This document shows, piece after piece, positions 53,979-64,000 of a stretch of 64,000 nt of DNA. The notes under the pieces were generated by a model that saw nothing but the letters and a program-made list of their open reading frames with translations, did no database searches and had not been told where the DNA came from. Numbering within the stretch: the first letter of the stretch is position 1; every line of letters begins with the position of its first letter. A program made the position numbers and the translations under genes. Source of the stretch: Balanoglossus misakiensis (Eukaryota > Animalia > Hemichordata); the NCBI GenBank assembly GCA_040954595.2, contig CM082576.2, positions 16,725,028-16,789,027 on the forward strand. Direction: 5' to 3'.

Positions 53979-56900
53979 TCAATGGTGCCCATTGGCCAAT
54001 TTCCCGTTGTCATGGCGTAGTAGACTTTCCATCACTTGCAAGAACATGGGTAACAGCGTATTGGTTGGGTCTCTGCGGTTGGAATCTTCATTGAAGATAT
54101 GTGCATAACTAAATCTGTCTGGAGGTTTGCGGATTCTACTCGATCGTCTCGGCAAGGTTCTGTCACTCACTTCAGTCTCTTGTTCACTCACTGCATTCGG
54201 GTTAACGGTTTCTTCGTCCTCCCCACCAACTTCGGTAGATATAGTATCGGCTGTTTCATCCGCTGCAGTGTAATTCTGCCTCAGTTGATCTGGTAGATCT
54301 TCCTCTGTGGCTGTGGTAATATTGGAACTGGTGAAAGTCACATCGGCTGTTTTCTGCATCAGTTGATTGGATGAATTTTCTTCTGTGGCTGATTCTACAC
54401 CACTGGAAGTCACCTCTGCGATTTTCTGCACTGTTGTCGATGTAGTGTTGGCTGAATTCAGACATCTCTCTGGTACTGACTTTGGCACTAAACCTTTACT
54501 ATCAGTTTGTTGGGCAGGAATGAGGAGTTCCCACAATTCTTCTTCTTCTGTCTCATACAGGTCTCTGTCGTCTTCCTCTTTCTTTTGTCGTCGAGTTCTT
54601 AGTTCCTTCGGACTTGTGTTTTCTTGTTGGCTTTGTTTCAACGGTCTGTCCGGATAGGGTATTGGTAACGAACTGCATGGTAACAAAAGATTTCTGTGGA
54701 GTGTTCTTTCCTTTCCATTTGGTCCCTCTGATTTTACAACATACACAGGGATATCTGGATTCACTCTTTTTACCACCCGGTAACGTTGTGCTTCCCATCT
54801 ATCGGCTATCTTTTGTTTGCCTCGTAGGTTCACGTTCTTCACCAGTACTACATCTCCCGGTTCCAGTAGGGCTTCTGTAGTTTTCCTATCATAACGGTGT
54901 TTATTCTGATCGGCCAGCTCACCCGCCTTGGTCACTGCCAACTTGTAAGCTTCTGCCAATCGGTTCCGCATCTTACTAACATACTCGTCATAGTTGTTGT
55001 CTTCCGCTTCCTCCGATTGTAGACCCATATATACGTCGATGGCCAGTTTGGGGTGCCTACCATACATCAGATAATAAGGAGCAAATCCGGTGCTGTCATT
55101 TCGGGTACAATTATAGGCATGGACTACAGCAGTAATGTGCTTCTTCCATTCTGCTTTCTTGTGTCTTGGTAATGTTCCCAGCATGTCAAGAAGGGTTCTG
55201 TTGAATCGTTCGCATTGTCCATTCCCCTGCGGATGATATGGCGTCGTTCTACTCTTTTCAATTCCCACCAAATCACAGAGTTGTCTGATGACCCGAGATT
55301 CGAACTCTCTGCCTTGATCCGAATGTAATTTCCCGGGGAATCCATAGTGAAGGAGGAAGTGGTTATATAAATACTCTGCCGTTGTTTTGGCCTTTTGGTT
55401 TGGAGTTGGAATGGCTACTGCATATCTGGTGAAATGGTCAGTTATTACGAGGACACTGGCTACTCCTCCTTTTCCATCTTCAATGGTTAAGTAATCCATA
55501 CATAGTAATTCAAGCGGTTGGGTTGTTTTGATGCTGGTAAGTGGAGCGACTTCTTGCTGGTTGCTTTGCAGTTTCCGTCGAGTGCATCTTTCACACGTCT
55601 TTATTTTCTGTTCGACATCTCGGCTCATGAAGGGCCAGTAAAACCTCGCTCTGAGTAGTTCCAGGGTGCGTTCTTGACCCAAGTGTCCAACATCGTCATG
55701 TACACCTTCCAAAGCCGTCCCACGATATTTTGTAGGTAATACCAGCTGATACTTCGTTTTTCCATCCATTCCAGTACGCTTTCTGTGTAACACATCCTGT
55801 CTGAAACATAATCTGCTCCACTCCCTCAGTCCTGCTTTCACACCATTGGTTTCTTGGCTTCTTTCCACTTTTGTAGGAGGCCGTTTCCGTTCACAGAATC
55901 GATATAGCGGTCCAATTTCGGGGTCCGTTTGTTGTAATTGTTTCCACTCTTGCATGGTTACTGCTGGTAAGGAAATCATTCCTGGAGCTACAGGAGGTTC
56001 ACCCAAACTCTCTGGAATTGCTGTCTGCATACATGTTATAGCTTCTACCCAGGGACTGTTGGACACATGTTGGCTCATGGCTTTTACTTCATCAGGTGAC
56101 ACTCGTACTGGTTCCTTGTTCATTAAGTTTCTGCAGCTCTCATCCACATCCATTTCTCCAACACATCCTTGTCGGGAAAGTCCATCAGCATCTTGGTTTT
56201 TTCGTCCAGGTCTGTACATCAACTCAAAATTGTAGGTCGCTAGTGCTGCTAACCACCGATGGCCAGTGGCATCCAGTTTTGCGGTTGTGTTCACGTAAGT
56301 CAGGGGATTATTATCAGTTACCACAACGAATTTATGCCCATAGAGATAGTCGTGGAACTTCTCAGATACTGCCCACTTTAAGGCCAGAAACTCCAATTTA
56401 TGGGATGGATAGTTCCTCTCGCTCCTTGAAAGTGACCGGCTTGCATACATGATAACTCGCTTCTCTTTCCCTTCTCCTTGGTATAGCACAGCACCCAGGC
56501 CAATGGAACTTGCATCTATGTGTAACTCGAAGGGCTTCGTATAATCTGCATAGGCCAACACAGGAGGATTCGTCAGTCTGTCAATTACGGCATCAAATGC
56601 CTGTTGATGTTCATCAGTCCACTTGAATTCCGGGACACGTCTTCGGTTCTCAGCCTGGTGTTTCCGTTTTGTGGGTAGACCAACTGTCAGTTCATTCAGG
56701 GGCTTCACTAACTTAGCATATCCCTCCACAAATCGGCGGTAGTAACCAGCAAACCCAAGGAACTGTTTTACTTCTTTGGCGGTCGTAGGTACTTTCCATT
56801 TCTTCAACGCTGCTATCTTATCTGGATCTGTTTCGATTCCTCCTTCTGATACTAAATGTCCCAAGTACTTCACTCGACATCTTAGCAACTGACACTTGCT

Positions 56901-59900
56901 GGGTTTAAGTTTCAGTCCCTTTTCCTTTAATCTATCCAGGACCTGGGCTAACCGCTGTAGATGTTCTTCGAAAGTACGGGAGAAGATTATTATGTCATCC
57001 AGGTATACCAAACAAATATTCAAATGTAAGTCCCCCAAGCATTTCTCCATACATCTTTGGAAAGTAGCTGGACTTCCTGTTAAACCCATAGGCATAGTGG
57101 TACATTCCCAGAATCCAACAGGAGTAACAAATGCTGTTTTCTCTATGTCTTCCTCTGCCATACCTATTTGCCAATATCCGGACTTCAAATCTAGGGACGA
57201 AAACCATTTTGCGCCTCCTAGTGCATCAAGACTTTCGTCAATTCTTGGTAATGCATACGAATCTCGGATGGTACGAGCGTTGAGTTTCCTATAATCTATA
57301 CACAATCTGGTATGTCCATCTTTCTTCTGCACCAACACTATCGGCGCTGCCCATGGACTATACGATTCTCTGATGACACCACTTTCCAACATCCCTTTTA
57401 TAACTTGTCGGACTTCTTCGTACATAGCTGGCGGTATCCGTCTGTATCTTTCTTTGATAGGCTGGTCATCTGTTAACCGTATGCGATGCTTCTCCACCGA
57501 ACAATACCCCAGATCATTTTCATGTAATGAAAATGCAGTAAGTTTCCGCTGCAGGAGGTCACGAACTTGTTGTAGCTGGGATTCACTGGTTGGCGAGTCA
57601 GACATATCGAATTCCACACCATCCCCTAAGGTAATCTTCCGTGCTTCTGGTGGTTTCACTTCATGTGGAACTGTGTCAATTGTGGGTTGGTCTACTTCAC
57701 TTTGCGGATTACTGTCTTGTGGTCGTTCATCGGGACGTCCAAGCCAGGTGACGGCATACGCTCGAGCTACCACTTCACCTGGTCGAATGATTACTGGGGA
57801 ACTTGAAACATTTTGTACACGGATAGGTACCTTTGATTTCGTCTGTTGGCACTTCAGGACAGCAACTGCCGGACTCGTGGTAAACTGGCCTGTCATCTCA
57901 CCAGTGGGCTCTACCGCAACTACATACTGATCACCAGTGGGTCCTTTTCTAGCACGGCCCCAAATCGTTGTCATACATCCAGGTTCCAACTTCATCGGAT
58001 AGCGTAGTAATGCTTTGATACATCCCAGGTCCCCTTTCGGTCCAACAAATCTGTCTCTGGCTTCAAGTTTTTTAAATACTCCTTTTCCTATTGCAGATAT
58101 TCTCATCGCCCGTACCCCTTTCTGATGCTTGGAATCAAAGAACCCCCTCGGCAACAGCTCTAGTAGGTTGGTTCCTATTAATATTGGTACGTTTGTATTA
58201 TACTCCGTTGTTGGCACTACTAAGGCAGGAATAGAGTACTCACTGTTATCTCCGAAAACTTCAATTGGAAATGACATCCCCACTTCTACGATACCAAGAA
58301 AAGGTATGGGTTGATCATTGGCACCTTTGATCTCAAGTGCATCTTCTGTTGACTGGATTGGTCTGTCGGATAACCATTCGTGGTAGAAGTCCGAACCAAT
58401 AGTAGTAACTTGGGACCCTGTGTCAATCAAACATGTCACGTCTTTCCCTTCCACCAATACAGTTCCTTCCATGGCTCCACCAATAAGTCCAACTCGCTTC
58501 GGTTGAATCTGGATTGGTTTCCTTCCAACACGAGCTTTGTGTAACTTGCACATGTTCAATCTGGACGAGGTTTTGGGTGTTTCGACACGTCTCTGTCTAC
58601 ACTGCCTGGCCAAATGTCCCACTTCTCCACAGTTGTAACAGGATCGATTTTCAACGTTCTTGGGTTTTGGGCAGTTCTGGGCAAAATGTCCCTGCTCTCT
58701 GCAATTGTAACAGACTATGTAATTCAAGGATGAGGGTTGTGATAAATCTCTCTGGGATTTTCTTACCGGACAGGTTCCAGACACCACAGGCCGCGACGAC
58801 ATTCCAACTGAGGTTCTCAATTCATCCCACTGTTGTTTAGTTTGTCGCAGTTCATCTTCCAGGTGCTTCATACTTTCCGCTTGCCTTCTGACCACCTCTG
58901 TAAGATCATGAATTTCCTTCACAGCCATCTGGACGGTCTTCGCTGTCTGTTTGTCCGTACCCTTCACCTCCTCAACAGTTGGTGTCATCAGTTGAGTTCT
59001 GCCTCTGACTGCTACCTTCCCTCTATTGTCATTGGTTCTTTCTTTGGCTTCTTGCTCCACATTCCGGGCTAGGTGAATCAGCTGTTCAAAGTTAGTGTTT
59101 CGACTAATTTCTGGGCGCAGAACATCAAATATACGATCGGATTGCAATCCTCTCCAAAATACCGTTTTCAAGGTTTCTTCTATTGCCCCCTGTGTTATAC
59201 CACCTCGTCTTCGGACTGCATGAATTTCCCCTTCTAATCGATTCGCATACCGTGACACACTCTCATCATCTCTCTGTCGGTTATTCCGATAAAATCTCTC
59301 CAACAGCATAGCTCCGGACTCAATTTCCCCCAAACTGGTGTCTAATTTGTGTAAAATGTGATCCAAAGTTGCATTTTGATCCAAATTCATTACTAACCGG
59401 CTTGCAGATCCTCGCAACGACTTGCGCACTGCCTGTAGAACTGCTCTGGGGCTGTGGGTTTGATCTTGCAGCAAACACTCCACTTCGTACTTCCACAACT
59501 CGAAATCAGCATCAGTTTTCCGGTCAGCATCTCCAGAAAAGGTGGACAGCCTTGGAGGTTGATACAGAGCCAACGGCACAGCACCACTTGGGGATATTGG
59601 CACAGCACCACTTGTGTTATTAACTGCAATACCATGACCGTCTCTTCTTCTAGTGGTAGTTTCCTGTTGATTGACTGACATATCAATTAGGGCTTCATTT
59701 CCACACACTGACCCACCTTGTAGTTCAGCTCTAATATTGTCTTCCTCCTCTTTCAATTCTTGTTGTCTTCTAAGCAGCAGTTTCATTCTCTCGATTTCGA
59801 TTTCTCTCTGCCGTAGTGTCTGCTGGAAATCATCCAGTCTGGCTTTTGTGGCTTTCTCTGCTTCCAACAAATTCTGCAAGGGTTGCATCCTGTCTTCTGG

Positions 59901-60053
59901 TGGAGTTACTGGAGAACGGAATGCACCACGACCTCTGGCCTGTCGTATTCCACCCACTGACTGTGAAAGTTCTCGGCGTCGAGGAATAGTTCCGGTATTA
60001 GGGGTAGCCATCTCCTCCTTCAAAATACTGTCAATATCTAAATGCGTTGCCAT
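53979..60053 (-). CDS. Gag-Pol polyprotein: PNMA-like capsid, two CCHC knuckles, aspartic protease, RT, RNase H, integrase
   Basis: Uninterrupted ORF (first ATG at 60053). Motifs CYNCREQGHFAQNC, CYNCGEVGHLARQC, LIDTGSQV, LCIDYRKLN, VYLDDII, HIDASSIGLGAVL, HDDVGH..CERC, LHSDQGREF and YHPQGNGQCER; PR-RT-RH-IN order is Ty3/Gypsy. Confidence 0.96.
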   Translation of the reverse strand: MATHLDIDSILKEEMATPNTGTIPRRRELSQSVGGIRQARGRGAFRSPVTPPEDRMQPLQNLLEAEKATKARLDDFQQTLRQREIEIERMKLLLRRQQELKEEEDNIRAELQGGSVCGNEALIDMSVNQQETTTRRRDGHGIAVNNTSGAVPISPSGAVPLALYQPPRLSTFSGDADRKTDADFELWKYEVECLLQDQTHSPRAVLQAVRKSLRGSASRLVMNLDQNATLDHILHKLDTSLGEIESGAMLLERFYRNNRQRDDESVSRYANRLEGEIHAVRRRGGITQGAIEETLKTVFWRGLQSDRIFDVLRPEISRNTNFEQLIHLARNVEQEAKERTNDNRGKVAVRGRTQLMTPTVEEVKGTDKQTAKTVQMAVKEIHDLTEVVRRQAESMKHLEDELRQTKQQWDELRTSVGMSSRPVVSGTCPVRKSQRDLSQPSSLNYIVCYNCREQGHFAQNCPKPKNVENRSCYNCGEVGHLARQCRQRRVETPKTSSRLNMCKLHKARVGRKPIQIQPKRVGLIGGAMEGTVLVEGKDVTCLIDTGSQVTTIGSDFYHEWLSDRPIQSTEDALEIKGANDQPIPFLGIVEVGMSFPIEVFGDNSEYSIPALVVPTTEYNTNVPILIGTNLLELLPRGFFDSKHQKGVRAMRISAIGKGVFKKLEARDRFVGPKGDLGCIKALLRYPMKLEPGCMTTIWGRARKGPTGDQYVVAVEPTGEMTGQFTTSPAVAVLKCQQTKSKVPIRVQNVSSSPVIIRPGEVVARAYAVTWLGRPDERPQDSNPQSEVDQPTIDTVPHEVKPPEARKITLGDGVEFDMSDSPTSESQLQQVRDLLQRKLTAFSLHENDLGYCSVEKHRIRLTDDQPIKERYRRIPPAMYEEVRQVIKGMLESGVIRESYSPWAAPIVLVQKKDGHTRLCIDYRKLNARTIRDSYALPRIDESLDALGGAKWFSSLDLKSGYWQIGMAEEDIEKTAFVTPVGFWECTTMPMGLTGSPATFQRCMEKCLGDLHLNICLVYLDDIIIFSRTFEEHLQRLAQVLDRLKEKGLKLKPSKCQLLRCRVKYLGHLVSEGGIETDPDKIAALKKWKVPTTAKEVKQFLGFAGYYRRFVEGYAKLVKPLNELTVGLPTKRKHQAENRRRVPEFKWTDEHQQAFDAVIDRLTNPPVLAYADYTKPFELHIDASSIGLGAVLYQGEGKEKRVIMYASRSLSRSERNYPSHKLEFLALKWAVSEKFHDYLYGHKFVVVTDNNPLTYVNTTAKLDATGHRWLAALATYNFELMYRPGRKNQDADGLSRQGCVGEMDVDESCRNLMNKEPVRVSPDEVKAMSQHVSNSPWVEAITCMQTAIPESLGEPPVAPGMISLPAVTMQEWKQLQQTDPEIGPLYRFCERKRPPTKVERSQETNGVKAGLREWSRLCFRQDVLHRKRTGMDGKTKYQLVLPTKYRGTALEGVHDDVGHLGQERTLELLRARFYWPFMSRDVEQKIKTCERCTRRKLQSNQQEVAPLTSIKTTQPLELLCMDYLTIEDGKGGVASVLVITDHFTRYAVAIPTPNQKAKTTAEYLYNHFLLHYGFPGKLHSDQGREFESRVIRQLCDLVGIEKSRTTPYHPQGNGQCERFNRTLLDMLGTLPRHKKAEWKKHITAVVHAYNCTRNDSTGFAPYYLMYGRHPKLAIDVYMGLQSEEAEDNNYDEYVSKMRNRLAEAYKLAVTKAGELADQNKHRYDRKTTEALLEPGDVVLVKNVNLRGKQKIADRWEAQRYRVVKRVNPDIPVYVVKSEGPNGKERTLHRNLLLPCSSLPIPYPDRPLKQSQQENTSPKELRTRRQKKEEDDRDLYETEEEELWELLIPAQQTDSKGLVPKSVPERCLNSANTTSTTVQKIAEVTSSGVESATEENSSNQLMQKTADVTFTSSNITTATEEDLPDQLRQNYTAADETADTISTEVGGEDEETVNPNAVSEQETEVSDRTLPRRSSRIRKPPDRFSYAHIFNEDSNRRDPTNTLLPMFLQVMESLLRHDNGKLANGHH

Positions 60054-60164
60054 ATCGAATATCAAAAATCAGAATTGTACAAAAATTCTCTGCCTTATTC
60101 TGCCCAATTTCCCGACACACCACACATACATAGCCAACCAACACAAATTATTACCGACCCCAAA

Positions 60165-60182
60165 GCCCCACGTTGGGCGCCA
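60165..60182 (-). other. Primer-binding site complementary to the tRNA-Lys(CUU) 3' end
   Basis: Minus-strand TGGCGCCCAACGTGGGGC, 4 nt after the 5' LTR. Confidence 0.9.
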
Positions 60183-60186
60183 TTTA

Positions 60187-61726
60187 TGTAGCCACTTTCG
60201 TTCCGGCTAACGTTGGAATGAGCATGAAAACATAAAATATTTCTACGGGCAGTCAGTCTGGGGTTCGGTGATTGACAATTTTCCTGTACATATGAATTAT
60301 AGGTGGGTGGGGAGTAGAAAGCAGAAAAGACAATACACTATAGGATTTTCTTCTTATGAAGATATATTACGTCATTAAATCTATCCAAATAAAGTTGTCA
60401 AAAAATATGAAAGACAAACACAATTGCTAATTAATGGTCCACGTTCAGTTCTGCTGATGTCATTAAATCTATCCAAATAAAGTCGTCACAAAATATGAAA
60501 GACAACCACAATTGACAATTAACGGTCAACGTTCAGTTCTGCTGACGTCCTTAAATCTATCCAAATAAAGTCGTCACAAAATATGAAAGACAAACACAAT
60601 TGACAATTAACGGTCAACGTTCAGTTCTGCTGACGTCCTTAAATCTATCCAAATAAAGTTGTCAAAAAATATGAAAGACAAACACAATTGACAATTACGT
60701 TCCGTTCTGTTGGCAGTTCGAATTCACGAAGCACTCACAAAAAAAATTTCGTATTCCGAATGTCCGAAGTCACACAGCGCTCACCAAATTCCATTCCGCT
60801 CAGCTGGCAAGGTCTGAATTCGGGAAGCACTCACCAAATTCCGTTCAGCTCCGCTGGCAATGTCCGAAGTCGGGAAGCACTCACAGAAATTCCGTTCAGT
60901 TCCGCTGGCAATGTCCGAATTCAGAAAGCACTCACACAATTCAGTTCAGCTCCGCTGGCAATGTCCGAAGTCGGGAAGCATTCACAGAAATTCCGTTCAG
61001 TTCCGCTGGCAATGTCCGAATTCAGAAAGCACTCACACAATTCAGTTCAGCTCCGCTGGCAATGTCCGAAGTCGGGAAGCACTCACAGAAATTCCGTTCA
61101 GTTCCGCTGGCAATGTCCGAATTCAGAAAGCACTCACACAATTCAGTTCAGCTCCGCTGGCAATGTCCGAAGTCGGGAAGCACTCACAGAAATTCCGTTC
61201 AGTTCCGCTGGCAATGTCCGAATTCAGAAAGCACTCACACAATTCAGTTCAGCTCCGCTGGCAATGTCCGAAGTCGGGAAGCACTCACAGAAATTCCGTT
61301 CAGTTCCGCTGGCAATGTCCGAATTCAGAAAGCACTCACACAATTCAGTTCAGCTCCGCTGGCAATGTCCGAAGTCGGGAAGCACTCACAGAAATTCCGT
61401 TCAGTTCCGCTGGCAATGTCCGAATTCAGAAAGCACTCACACAATTCAGTTCAGCTCCGCTGGCAATGTCCGAAGTCGGGAAGCATTCACAGAAATTCCG
61501 TTCAGTTCCGCTGGCAATGTCCGAATTCAGAAAGCACTCACACAATTCAGTTCAGCTCCGCTGGCCCCAGGAAGACTTCCCCCCGACCCTTCACACCAGA
61601 CTTAAATACTGTGGTGCGGATGAATACGGCAGTTCTATTGGCGCAAAGAGTGTACCCAGGTGTACCAGGCGTGTCATTAATTAGCGCCCCCCACGTCCGG
61701 ATGGGCCAAAATATCATTATGTTACA
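60187..61726 (-). repeat. 5' LTR (1540 bp)
   Basis: TGTAGCC...GTTACA; direct repeat of 52347-53886. Confidence 0.95.
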
Positions 61727-61961
61727 CTTCCAAACACCGTCTCCTTTATTTGCATATTCCGTTGTGATGCGTAGAACACACAGGCCTAAGCGAAAAAGAA
61801 AGTTTTCCGCTAGACTCTGTAGATCGACGGATTGTTCTAAATTACCCATGGTTGCTTCCAAACACCGTCTCATTATTTGCATAGGCCTATCCCATCTTTA
61901 AAAGAAGCCGAAAAGCAAGTTGAAATTTAGAATTATGAATGTTTATTCTTTTTTTTTGCAG

Positions 61962-63282
61962 TTATTTCAGTCAAACAGTTCACCTTTTAGAAGAAGATGA
62001 CAGTATTTATAGTATCTCAGCTTGGAATGATCAGGTAGAAAAACTAATGAGGATACTGTTACAAAGATGTATTTAGTGATTCAACCAAAAAATATTTCTT
62101 TAACAGTACACATTAAAACCAAGCATTGGTCCAGCTAGTTTTATCAGGCTTGGTTATCCTGGTATTATGTTGTCAGTAATTATATGTTGTTATGTACGGT
62201 AGTTACTCTTATTATTAAAGACCATTTTATTTGATATGTGGTTGTTGAAAATAAATAATTCTGGCTAACCCATCCTGACTGAACGTATGACAAAATCATC
62301 AATAGTTTCTGTATACATTTTCCCTCCAGGGTTATGAGCACACTTGTACCGTACCGATCCAGCACTCCTGTACAGAGCTGAGACGGTGCCAGGGTTAGGA
62401 TGGCTCCTCAAGAGAAAACTTTATAAGGAAGAATTGGAACAAAAATGGCCGACTCCAGAAAAGGTAAGATGATCCATTTTGTTTGGGCAACTGGAAGCTC
62501 TAAAATCCTGTCTGTAGTGCAGTGTTCGGAGCCATACTTGTGACGTCTTCCTTTTGTAATCTCCACAAATTATAATGATTCAGAACTGAAATCATGTTGG
62601 CAATAATGCTGAGATCTTTCCTTACAGTTTCAAAACAGTTGTGGGGTTGGGATATGTGGATGAGACTTCCGGACATCAGACAAGGAAGAGAATGTATCAT
62701 ACCGGATATATCATGAACGTGTCACTTTGGATCCGCAGGAATTAATATGAACTTATACTTCCAGGTTGGTGTACTCTGCTTTGCAATTAGTTCTCCATTA
62801 TGACAAATGTTCGTTTTTAATGACAGTGTTCAAACGATCGAAATTCATTAAATTTTTATTACTGCAGCTGTGAAAACTTCCTTTCAAAAGCCACTTTAGT
62901 GTAAAGATTTAGATCATCCCATTGTAAAAATTGGAGATACAGAACATTTTAATATTTCTAGACAAAGACAATTACAGAAACAAGCTCCAGCTACTCTCAT
63001 CTTAACCATAGACACTCGAGTCTTCTTATTTTCAATGTTTTAACCAATGACTTTTTGATTTTCAGGACCTGTATTTTAAACAGCATCCTCTCAACATAGC
63101 GCCGCATGTCGAACTCAAAAACGTGGACAGAATGAAGAAAGACGCCTATGGCGAGGATAGTTATTTAATCAGCAATGCTGAGGTGTTAGATCACAACAAA
63201 TCCCCGTGTGAAGATGGATTCGTACCGGAAACTTCTGATGTTCCATGGACAGGACTATGAGACATGGACTGAACTCGCCAAG
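61962..63282 (+). pseudogene. POMGNT1: Disabled internal fragment of protein O-mannose beta-1,2-GlcNAc-transferase 1 (four exons with introns)
   Basis: Exon 61962-62034: [24 protein letters not shown]. Exon 62330-62463: [43 protein letters not shown], with a 5-bp GTACC duplication frameshift. Exon 62639-62764: [33 protein letters not shown] at 62714. Exon 63066-63282: DLYFKQH..NAEVLDHNKSPCEDGF/..DYETWTELAK, frameshifted. Confidence 0.88.
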
Positions 63283-63760
63283 GTGAGGTCGATAAATCAA
63301 CCCAGTGTTGACTTTGTAGAGTGTTATGTGACGTGTGAGCGAACGATACAAGAAAATGATTGTTTTGAAGGGCCGTAATAAAGATGATACACCCCCAAAA
63401 CGGATCTGTGGAAACGATACAAAATATCACCTTTAAAATAGCATCATGTCACCCTTTCTTGATACAGGTGGTCAGTAAATCCCAGTTTTATCCAATAACA
63501 GTTGATTTGGTGTTTAACACAACTTTACAGAATGATTTAAATGTGAAACTTAAACGCTGCACGTACCATCATGAAGTTCGAATGACATCAAGGAACTGAA
63601 ACAGGAGAAATCCTAAATCAGTGGATGTTGGAAGCATAGGTTGTCCAAGGCATATTTAAGACAAGTAACTCAATTCAATTCCATACAAGTAAAATTTAGG
63701 AAAGGGCCATGGGTAGTGATATCTATTCTCCGTATGCGAATTATCTCATTTACACGGCAG

Positions 63761-63881
63761 GACGTCAAGCTTCTTCGGACATCGTCTGCGAGTTTGATGC
63801 TGGGTTTGGTATCACCGCGGGATTTCGTAGATTTTTTCGGTATAAGAAGAATGCCAGAAAGCGGGCTTACTACAGTATATT
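63761..63881 (+). CDS. Isolated START-domain (STARD4/5/6-like) exon
   Basis: cag|GAC...TATT|gtaagt boundaries. Translation DVKLLRTSSASLMLGLVSPRDFVDFFGIRRMPESGLTTVY contains the START signature SPRDFVD. Confidence 0.65.
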
Positions 63882-64000
63882 GTAAGTACATGCATACATG
63901 GAAGTTTTATTCCGTGGTTTGAAAATGTCGAAATTTCAGTCATGCACGCGTTAAGTGACCACCACCATCATCTCGGATTAACCAGGCGCAGTAAATTTGA

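Larger units (their letters stand above)
52347..61726 (-). mobile_element. Intact Ty3/Gypsy LTR retrotransposon (9380 bp)
   Basis: Two 1540-bp TG...CA LTRs, 4-bp TSD CTTC (52343-52346 and 61727-61730), PBS, PPT and a single gag-pol ORF. Confidence 0.97.
49841..61885. repeat. 127-128 bp tandem repeat in blocks 49841-49966, 50897-51505, 51824-52346 and 61727-61885, split by insertions
   Basis: Unit CTCTGTAGATCGACGGATTGTTCCAAAATATCCATGGTTGCTTCCAAACACCGTCTCCTTATTTGCATATTCCGTTGTGATGCGTAGAACACACAGGC...; it resumes in register after the MITE and LTR insertions. Confidence 0.9.

Noticed and set aside
60165-60182. tRNA-Lys gene
   Set aside because: Only the 18-nt 3' end including CCA is matched; it is the retrotransposon PBS.
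54099-60210. Antisense and alternative-frame ORFs inside gag-pol
   Set aside because: Shadow ORFs of a long coding sequence with no motifs.
63371-63467. Possible additional START-domain exon (AVIKMIHPQNGSVETIQNIT)
   Set aside because: Similarity is too weak to call by eye; it needs a profile search.

Overview
Intron-rich, AT-rich animal genomic DNA. A marine invertebrate such as a deuterostome is likely, but that is inference only. Positions 1-39.3 kb hold the 5' ~44 coding exons of KNTC1/Rod on the minus strand, running off the left edge. Its introns are packed with MITEs and one full-length but dead Tigger/pogo transposon. Head-to-head with KNTC1 is an intronless ZDHHC22/24-like palmitoyltransferase whose DHHC motif reads EEHC. 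Next comes a 4-exon Gfo/Idh/MocA oxidoreductase with an L2/CR1-type LINE fragment in its first coding intron. From ~49.8 kb a 127-128 bp tandem repeat is interrupted by a Harbinger-like MITE and by a very young, intact Ty3/Gypsy LTR retrotransposon (52347-61726) with 1540-bp LTRs carrying internal tandem arrays, a tRNA-Lys PBS and a CTTC TSD. Directly after the array lie four intron-separated POMGNT1 exons (three with lesions) and then a START-domain (STARD5-like) exon, forming a mosaic of captured gene fragments. All protein calls come from manual translation and motif recall; no database search was run.
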